DNA from: Trichoplax adhaerens
Taxonomy: Eukaryota > Animalia > Placozoa
Length of the DNA: 7,541 nt
Reading direction: 5' to 3'
Assembly: GCF_000150275.1 (NCBI RefSeq)
Contig: NW_002061045.1
Coordinates: 7,353 to 14,893, forward strand
The notes under the pieces are model-generated. The model saw only the letters and a list, made by a program, of their open reading frames with translations. It ran no database searches and was not told the DNA's origin. Position 1 is the stretch's first letter. Every line of letters starts with the position of its first letter. The translations under genes were made by a program, and so were the position numbers. Positions 1 through 7,541 of the stretch are shown here, in pieces.

Positions 1-513
1 ACTAGACTAGCGCAGCGAAACAACAGACATACAGACCGCAGGACACGTTCTTTTCTAGGTACAAGCTCGCGAGTCGTCTGTTGCAAAAGTGATGTCACCT
101 TCTGGGTGTTCATTGGGAGATATACTACTAGTATGGTCATGGTGACTTTAATTTTGCTTGAAATAGCATAGTATAGCGTTGATTTTCAAGGGATCATAAT
201 CACTACTCTTGTCATGATGCCATTAGTAGTATACGGACTGAAAGTATGTTACAGCGGGATCGCGGTATACGACATGAGTTTTGGCATGGAAAGGCATCCC
301 AATGGTTGTGGCCTTACGGCCATGGCAACGACCAGGAGGCAATCAAGAAGGTTTAAGAAGTTTGCTCTTTTAGCTTGGCCATTAAAATGATGGATTATCA
401 ACAGCTGTTTGAGTTCTAACCCCCATCAACCACTGCCAATACACATATTGCCCATTGCAGTCTCCAGGGAGTGGCCATTGCAGTTGCTTTCACGACATGG
501 GCTGATTGACTGG

Positions 514-537
514 TGATGGCAAGCATCCTTGCCATCA
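514..537. repeat. Perfect 10-bp inverted repeat (hairpin) with 4-nt loop
   Basis: TGATGGCAAG-CATC-CTTGCCATCA; the arms are exact reverse complements. Function unknown. Confidence 0.7.
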
Positions 538-1522
538 TCCCATACACTCTCATGATGCTAATACAACTGTACGATACACACTACTCGTGGAAGAGCATGA
601 CTTGGGCATCTTCTTGCCCGTCCATCTCCTTCAGTGGTGAACATCCATTTTGTTAGCAGTGGTTGCATCAACATCGCTAAGGTTAATCGTCGTTTTCTAG
701 CGCTCATTTGCTGTTGGCAATCGCCTTGAATGTTTCAATCGTTGATTCAGTAAGGGATCATCCTTGTCGATTGGGTTAATGGATGATTGAAAAGGCTACA
801 GTAGTGAAATAGATGGAAGAATTGACACTTGCTATCGCTCCATTAATCCAAGTCTCTTTTTCTCCTTTTTGCAGGTGTTGAAAGTCAGCTGGGATTGGAT
901 TCTTTTCCAACTTGATTATTCCATTAAATCGTCCTTTTCTTGCACCATTGATCATCGATTGTATCCATCGATCGTTCTTGGTAATCAGGTTAGTGTTGAT
1001 ATCATTTAAAATGATTGAAAGAAGGACATGAAGCAACATGGACAGCGATCCAAGTATGGACAAGTTGTTGTTGTTGTTTTGGACTCTGTTTGTTGGCCAA
1101 TGTCGATCTTTCTTTTTCTACTCCAATGGAGTCAGATACTATTTTCAACAGTCGTAGACAGCATAAGCGATGGATGATTCTCATCCTCTTATAAGTGACA
1201 TTTGTGTTGATCCTTTTCTACTATCGATGAGAATCGATCCATTAGTAGCCAGTGGAGGATAGTCTATCGTCGACAACAGTACAAAAGACGTACATCCAAA
1301 AAATCTTGTCTAATCGTCCCATCTTCAAGGTAAAAACATTTCAATCGAGACCCATGATGATGGATTTGCTTCTTGGATGGATGGTAGATCTATCCATCAC
1401 TTTGATGACATGAGTAAATGGACAACATGAAAGCTAGAGTCGATGTTCGTATCGAGTACGATGATGGATAGCGAAAATAGTTTGTAGCAGTAGCCGCCAT
1501 TAAAATACAGATACTGTAGAAT

Positions 1523-1573
1523 GGGGGGGGGGGGGGGAAAAAAAAAAATCCTTCCCCCCCCCCCCAAAAAAAA
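1523..1573. repeat. Homopolymer cluster G15-A11-TCCTT-C12-A8 at the gap edge (probably partly a read-end artefact)
   Basis: Read directly. It abuts the N-run and its composition is unlike the rest of the window. Confidence 0.8.
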
Positions 1574-1576
1574 CCT

Positions 1577-1867
1577 NNNNNNNNNNNNNNNNNNNNNNNN
1601 NNNNNNNNNNNNNNNNNNNNNNNNNNNNNNNNNNNNNNNNNNNNNNNNNNNNNNNNNNNNNNNNNNNNNNNNNNNNNNNNNNNNNNNNNNNNNNNNNNNN
1701 NNNNNNNNNNNNNNNNNNNNNNNNNNNNNNNNNNNNNNNNNNNNNNNNNNNNNNNNNNNNNNNNNNNNNNNNNNNNNNNNNNNNNNNNNNNNNNNNNNNN
1801 NNNNNNNNNNNNNNNNNNNNNNNNNNNNNNNNNNNNNNNNNNNNNNNNNNNNNNNNNNNNNNNNNNN
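1577..1867. other. Assembly gap (291 N)
   Basis: Run of N characters. Confidence 1.
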
Positions 1868-2268
1868 TGCAACATGCCTTAAGCGATGAACCATCGTATT
1901 CAACAAGCTTGTTGATTGTCATGATGGCATTTCTACAACACTATTTTTGGATACCGTTGAAAGTGGATGACTGTCTGTGTGTGGATAGCATGGAAGAAAG
2001 AACGCCAGAGGACGACAACATGTTTAGTCAAGATAGTTTGTTGATCAACATCGACAACAGTTGGATCATCATCGTCGACCGATCTTGTAGGTTGTGTAAA
2101 AAATGGAGTACAACCTGGGCGATGGGAGAACCCTTTCAATGTGTATTTTGCGGGCTCTTATTCAAACTTGTTCCTTGCCATCGTTTCCACGCATTTTATC
2201 AACGATCTATCAAGCCTAATGGCAATGGAGGATTAGACTAATGTGGACTTGTTATTTTATCCTTTTAG

Positions 2269-2516
2269 GCATTCCATTGATTTTAGCAAAGTCAAGACCA
2301 AATCGAAAAGTCCATTGCAACACAATCGATATTGTTCAGCACCAACTGAATTCCACTAGTGATAGCCTGCAATCACTGCAAGTCAAGAAAAAAAATTGGA
2401 CTTTATCAACTTTGCCAAACTGTATTGTTGAACTCAACTGTTAATACATTAAAAAATACAGTTGCCAATTGCAAAAAGAAGAAGAAACAATACTGTAACT
2501 GCTTAATTCATCTACT
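2269..2516 (+). other. Probable 5' UTR portion of the ATG-containing ras exon, preceded by a 5'-UTR intron acceptor
   Basis: Branch-point match CTAAT at 2238-2242, a T-rich tract, then CCTTTTAG|G (AG at 2267-2268). The next 248 nt contain no ATG until the ras start codon at 2517. Confidence 0.6.
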
Positions 2517-2547
2517 ATGACAGAATACAAGTTGGTCGTTGTTGGAG
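2517..2547 (+). CDS. ras: Ras-family GTPase (H/K/N-Ras type), first coding exon: codons 1-10 plus first base of codon 11
   Basis: ATG ACA GAA TAC AAG TTG GTC GTT GTT GGA G = [10 protein letters not shown], the exact N-terminus of metazoan Ras. It is followed directly by a donor G|GTAATG at 2548 and has an A at -3 (ACTATG). Confidence 0.96.
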
Positions 2548-2649
2548 GTAATGTGGCATTTCTTTGCTCCATTTTATCATCCATTTTCTCTCCCTACTTT
2601 CCAAGCCCATTTCACTTTTTTCAATTCTTTTTTTCTTGCCACATAGTAG

Positions 2650-3490
2650 CTCTTTTGCCCAATATTATCACGCATTCTAGTATGTTTTAGTCTATCTACA
2701 ATCATAGCACCTTTTTTTTTTTTCCCAACTGATGCAAACTATCAGGTAGTGATATCTTGATTCCTTCTCCATGGATGTACGATCGTTATCCAAAATGTCC
2801 ATCGTGAGTTGTTGAGTTATTGGGCCAAGATGAAAATCGACGTTTAGTAATGGGAATGGGATGATAGTTGCGTATGTGGTATCTCTTTTGCCTAATATTA
2901 TCACATATCAAAGTCTATATTTGTCGATGCAAACTATCAGGTATTAATATCTTGATTCCTTCTCCATGGATGTACGTTATCCAAAATGTCCATCGTGAGT
3001 TGTTGAGTTATTGGGCCAAGATGAAAATCGACGTTTAGTAATGGGAATGGGATGATAGTTGAGGATGTGGTACCTCTTTTGCCTAATATTATCACACATC
3101 AAAGTCTGTTTTAGTCGATCTACAATCATAGCACAGTTTTTTTTCCCCAATGGATGCAAACTGTCAGGTATTAATATCTTGATTCCTTCTCCATGGATGT
3201 ACGATCGCTATCCAAAATGTCCATCGTGAGTTGTTAAACTATTGGGCCAACGACGTTTAGCAATGGAAGAAGATGATGGATGTGGCCCCTCTTTTGCCTA
3301 ATATTGTTACGCATCAAAGTCTGTTTTAGTCGATCTACAATCATAGCACAGTTTTCTCTCTCAATGGATGCAAACCATGAGGTATTCTTGATTCCTTCTC
3401 CATGGATGTACGATATCGTTTTGTAAAATTTCCATAGTAAAGTTGTTGAGATATTGGGCCAAGATAAATCTCGACATTTAGCCATGGAAT
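2650..3490. repeat. Tandem array A: four diverged copies of a 190-235 bp unit
   Basis: CTCTTTTGCC recurs at 2650, 2883, 3074 and 3289. TTCCTTCTCCATGGATGTACG recurs at 2761, 2956, 3183 and 3392. Confidence 0.95.
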
Positions 3491-4293
3491 AGCATTTTAC
3501 TGGAGTAGGATACTAGTCGCAATGAGTAGTAAAATAAAGTTGTCTTTTCCCTATACCTACTCAAATGATGAACGAATTTGATTTTTTGAAAGAGTTGAAA
3601 GGAATGACTATCGCGTAGCCTACACTTGTTAGAAATGGATTCATACAAGTGATTATTGCCTCAATTTTACTCAACCTTCATCAAGATGGCTAGGATAATC
3701 TGGCCAGGAGGACAGTTTATCGGAAAGAAACATGACCGAGCTAAGCTAGAATTTTATACTCGAGATAGTTGAATATTGAATGGCTTCCTCTATTTTTGTA
3801 GATGAAAGATACAATAGCTCAACAACGTCTAAATCTTTCTGCTTACAGCTCAAATCTGTTAATAAATCATCATCATCATTTGAAATGCCTCCATTGAACG
3901 GAGAACTATTACCTGACAGCAGACTTGATCATTCGACCCAATTTGGATACTGTAGTGAGCAGAAATCATGGCCTTTTTTGGCTGTCCATGAACTAGCGAT
4001 GGTGTGGAAAGTTTGCTTTTCAACGTAATATAAAAGTACAAGCAGAAATCGTCTTTTTAGCTTGATTGCCGAAAGGTTGCTTTTAAACGTAGTACAAGTG
4101 CAAATGCGATTGGTGTTTTAGTGACGACGAAAGGGGTTGGAATAGTCGATCGTTCAAATTTGTCTACACTACGGTAAAGGCTGCAGTTCAAATAGACTTG
4201 CAAAGTAATATTGTCCATTTTACAAGTATATTTTAGAGTTGAAAGGGAATATTCTCCTAGCTAGAATTTCTCCTCCACCATCGATGTATCGAC

Positions 4294-5324
4294 TTGAGCC
4301 TATTATTCCCTACCAGCATTTCTTAACCTCAAGGAAAGACGAAAAACAATCAATCATCGTCAATGGAATAGCACTAGTCTTATACAGTTGGACTATTCCT
4401 TTTTGAGGCTGTTCTTCCCTACGAGTATTTCTTATCCTCAAGGAAAAACGATGATTGCTTGAAAAACTCTCTTCTTAACTTAAAGGAATAGCACTAGTCT
4501 TGTAAAGTTGGACTACTTTTAGACTATTTCTACAGTACTGGAGGCTATTCTTCCCTACGAGTATTTCTTATCCTCAAGGAAAGACGATGATTGCTTGAAA
4601 AACTCTCTTCTTAACTTAAAGGAATAGCACTAGTCTTGTAAAGTTGGACTACTTTTAGACTATTTCTACTGGAGGCTATTCTTCCCTACGAGTATTTCTT
4701 ATCCTCAAGGAAATACGATGATTGTTTGAATAGGAATAGTGCTAGTCTTGTACAGTTGGACTAGTTTTGGACTATTTCTACTGGAGGCTATTCTTCCCTA
4801 CGGGTATTTCTTATCCTCAAGGAAAGACGATGATTGCTTGAAAAACTCTCTTCTTAACTTCAAGGAATAGCACTAGTCTTGTACAGTTGGACTAGTTTTA
4901 GACTATTTCTTTTTGAGGCTATTCTTCCCTACGAGTATTTCTTATCCTCTAGGAAAGACGATGATTGCTTGAAAAACTCTCTTCTTAACTTAAAGGAATA
5001 GCAATAGTCTTGTAAAGTTGGACTAGTTTTAGACTATTTCTACTGGAGGCTATTCTTCCCTACGAGTATTTCTTATCCTCAAGGAAAGACGATGATTGCT
5101 TGAAAAACTCTCTTCTTAACTTAAAGGAATAGCACTAGTCTTGTACAGTTGGACTAGTTTTGGACTATTTCTACTGGAGGCTATTCTTCCCTACGAGTAT
5201 TTCTTATCCTCGAGGAAAGACGATGATTGCTTGAAAAACTCTGTCGTTAACTTCAAGGAATAGCACTAGTCTTGTAAAGTTGGACTAGTTTTAGACTATT
5301 TCTACTGGAGACTATTCTTCCCTA
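4294..5324. repeat. Tandem array B: about 8 copies of a 131-bp unit
   Basis: TTCCCTA recurs at 4306, 4415, 4551, 4682, 4794, 4925, 5056, 5187 and 5318 (spacings 109, 136, 131, 112, 131, 131, 131, 131). Copies are near-identical apart from the first. Confidence 0.97.
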
Positions 5325-5957
5325 AAACTGCTCATGTTGCTAACTTACTATGCGTGTTATTGTAACTTTTCATCTCGCTAAGGTAAATAATTAATTACTG
5401 CTATCAGACCCTTTATATTGGCTGGGTTGTTGGAAATTTGCAAAACATTGTATTAAGCATGCAATCCAACATAGGCAAAAGAATAATATGAATTGGATTG
5501 GGCTATCGTAGTATTCAGTCAACATTAGCACAGTCATTAAATAGGATTGGGGATTATATCCACTATGGATGATTCAATAAAGTTGTTGTAGAATAAAGTA
5601 GACACAGGGTACAAATCGACATTGGCAATAGTCCAACTCCCTTCTACTCTATTAATATATGGCATTCGAATGGCAGTGATTATTCACAGTCTATAAAATA
5701 AGGATAACGATCTCCTCTTTTCCTTGTAAAATGGAAATTTCAATCAAGACCATTTGTACTTCATTTTTGGGATGCTTTTTGGATAATTAATTTGTACTGG
5801 CGATGAGGAGACTGTTAATGCTACGTTACTAGTCAACATCAATCTAGGTAGAGTGGTGGAGTTTCTTTTTTTTCCCCCTTATTTCCAGTTCATTTTCTAG
5901 CATGTGGAAACACTATCGGTTAGATAGCGTTGGCTAGGATACTTATAGATTGATAAT

Positions 5958-6126
5958 TTAATGCTTAAGAAATCGTTCTTGTCGTTGTATTATTTTATAA
6001 CCTATTTCTCATCATCAATTTCTCTTTTTTTTCCACCTGTCATCGATTGGATTATGCTATTGGCGTTAAATCATTGGTGTCCATATGGTGGATTGCTATT
6101 ACTTTATGCTTATGACGACCATCTAG
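5958..6126 (+). promoter_or_regulatory. Extended 3' splice-site region: AG-exclusion zone with distant branch-point candidates and polypyrimidine tract
   Basis: No AG dinucleotide between 5970 and 6124. Pyrimidine tract at about 6001-6041. Branch-like motifs TTAAT (5958-5962), ATAAC (5997-6001) and CTCAT (6008-6012). The acceptor itself has no strong adjacent pyrimidine tract. Confidence 0.6.
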
Positions 6127-6175
6127 CTGGTGGCGTTGGCAAGAGCGCATTAACGATTCAGCTAATACAAAATCA
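6127..6175 (+). CDS. ras: Ras-family GTPase, second coding exon (49 nt; end of codon 11 to first two bases of codon 27; most of the P-loop/G1 box)
   Basis: AG|CT GGT GGC GTT GGC AAG AGC GCA TTA ACG ATT CAG CTA ATA CAA AAT CA|GTGAGT = (A)[15 protein letters not shown](H). Bounded by an AG acceptor and a consensus GTGAGT donor. G12 and G13 are wild type. Confidence 0.97.
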
Positions 6176-7541
6176 GTGAGTTGAAATTAAACTTAAACCT
6201 TTAAGCAATTCATGTTGTAGTCTTGATTTGACGATAGATATCCTACTGATGGATTACTAAAAAAAATCGATCCAAAAGGATGGATAGCTATCTTTATGCT
6301 ATGGCTTTTTATTCGTATATTCATTGCTTAAATCAACTGTAATATGCTGCTTGAATAGCTTTACAAGATCATGCTATTACTTCATTTTTGCCAACGATTT
6401 GCTAGCGCTGTATATTGCTAGACGATCTATTGACGATAGTGATGAAATTGGAAAGTGAACAAGATAGACATGATATTTTATGACTGGATGACTATGGCTA
6501 ATGTATCATCTATACCAAGGGGATGAATAAGACATCATTTAATGATCGTCGCACTCTATTTTCAAGTCCATTACAAGACGATAGGGATGATATTACTCTA
6601 CTTTACAGCATTATAACTATTCTTCTCGATTTCAACTCGATCAAGAAGATGATCTATTTTTGATTATCGCTATGTCTATTTAGCTTTCTATTACAAGATG
6701 ATGATTTCACCCCATGACTCTACACTATCGTTCTATTTATTTTTTTCTATCCAATACATTTATATAATAGTATATCCATCGATGATCTTTGATTCATTTT
6801 GAAATCCATGCTCTACTTTTGATCTACCAAGAAGATTAATATCATAGTATATCCATCGATAATCTTTGATCCATTTTAAAATCCGTGATTAGACGATAAC
6901 CATACTCTACTTTTGATCTACCAATACCAAGAAGATTGATATAATAGTACATCCATCGATGATCTTGGATCCATTTTAAAATCCATGATTAGACGATAGC
7001 CATACTCTACTTTTGATCTACCAAGAAGATTGATATAATAGTACATCCATCGATGATCTTGGATCCATTTTAAAATCCATGATTAGACGATAGCCATACT
7101 CTACTTTTGATCTACCAAGAAGATTGATATAATAGTACATCCATCGATGATCTTGGATCCATTTTAAAATCCATGATTAGACGATAGCCATACTCTACTT
7201 TTGATCTACCAAGAAGATTGATATAATAGTATATCCATCGATGATCTTGGATCCATTTTGAAATCCATGCTCTACTTTTGATCTACCAAGAAGATTGATA
7301 TAATAGTATATCCATCGATGATCTTGGATCCATTTTGAAATCCATGCTCTACTTTTGATCTACCAAGAAGATTAATATCATATTATATCAATCGATGATA
7401 AGACGATAACCATACTCTACTTTTTATCCTGGCGTCTTTTTTATCTACCTAAAAGATGAGAAGCATTCATCACTAGATCATCATCTCTTCCTCTTGATCT
7501 ATTTGAAAGTTAATTACAGGACAATCAGGATAATATACTCT
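6176..7541 (+). other. Next ras intron (phase 2), incomplete; continues past the window end
   Basis: GTGAGT donor at 6176. I found no sequence encoding the expected continuation FVDEYDPTIEDSY downstream in the window. Confidence 0.85.
6762..7428. repeat. Tandem array C: 7 full copies plus a partial one, with 77-bp and 94-bp unit variants
   Basis: ATCCATCGAT recurs at 6774, 6851, 6951, 7045, 7139, 7233 and 7310, and a variant at 7387 (spacings 77, 100, 94, 94, 94, 77, 77). Confidence 0.97.

Larger units (their letters stand above)
2548..6126 (+). other. GT-AG spliceosomal intron of ras (phase 1, 3579 nt) interrupting codon Ala11
   Basis: Begins GTAATG and ends TCTAG. Removing it joins G+CT (Ala11) and restores [26 protein letters not shown] in frame. 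Confidence 0.93.

Noticed and set aside
1390-1922. ORFs spanning the N-run
   Set aside because: Artefacts of translating Ns and homopolymers.
776-2444. Short ORFs 776-1063, 1002-1184, 1933-2139 and 2241-2444
   Set aside because: No recognisable motifs and lengths compatible with chance. The ATG of 2241-2444 lies in the inferred intron upstream of the 2268 acceptor.
2692-3485. Three similar minus-strand ORFs in array A as a peptide gene family
   Set aside because: Their similarity follows from the DNA repeat. Reading frames and boundaries are not conserved between copies and indels are not multiples of three.
4415-4445. Minimal hammerhead-ribozyme-like motif on the minus strand of each array B unit (TTGAGGA-TAA-GAAA-TACTCGTA)
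   Set aside because: The core needs CUGANGA and an NUH cleavage triplet closing helix III. Here position 3 is U without a compensating change at G8, and the base opposite A15.1 is G rather than U.
4480-5320. Array B hairpins as a miRNA or snoRNA cluster
   Set aside because: The inner stem is only 7 bp, the substitutions between copies (GACTACT, AATAGTC) are non-compensatory, and there is no C/D box pair (no CTGA).
4294-5324. U12-type splice motifs (TTCTTAAC, TATCCT) or Helitron 3' ends (CTAGT) in array B
   Set aside because: The donor-like word lacks the required RT start (it reads TTATCCTC), the flanking ras intron donors are U2-type, and no GC-rich subterminal hairpin precedes the CTAGT motifs.
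5961-6179. 72-aa ORF ending in [17 protein letters not shown] as a stand-alone gene or alternative N-terminus
   Set aside because: Only the last 16-17 residues are Ras. The upstream part is the translated pyrimidine-rich intron end and the stop lies within the GTGAGT donor. The true N-terminus is at 2517.
2650-7428. Arrays A, B and C as CRISPR arrays
   Set aside because: The whole unit repeats with no unique spacers, the context is a eukaryotic spliced gene, and no cas genes are present.

Overview
This is AT-rich eukaryotic DNA, most likely from an invertebrate metazoan, containing the 5' part of a canonical Ras (H/K/N-Ras, Ras85D/let-60 type) GTPase gene on the + strand. The ORF track misses the gene because it is split into very short coding exons. 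Coding exon A (2517-2547, [10 protein letters not shown]+G) is joined across a 3579-nt GT-AG intron to coding exon B (6127-6175, [17 protein letters not shown]). The next intron starts at 6176 and no further Ras exon was found in the window. About half of the intronic DNA is three distinct tandem arrays (about 190-235 bp x4, 131 bp x8, 77/94 bp x7-8), with decayed relics beside two of them. The most unusual signals are a 155-nt AG-free zone with a distant branch point/polypyrimidine tract before the 49-nt P-loop exon, and stop-containing pseudo-exon cassettes repeated in the first array. A 291-nt assembly gap (1577-1867) limits interpretation of the upstream region. No prokaryotic genes, CRISPR array, recognisable transposase or structured RNA gene is supported.
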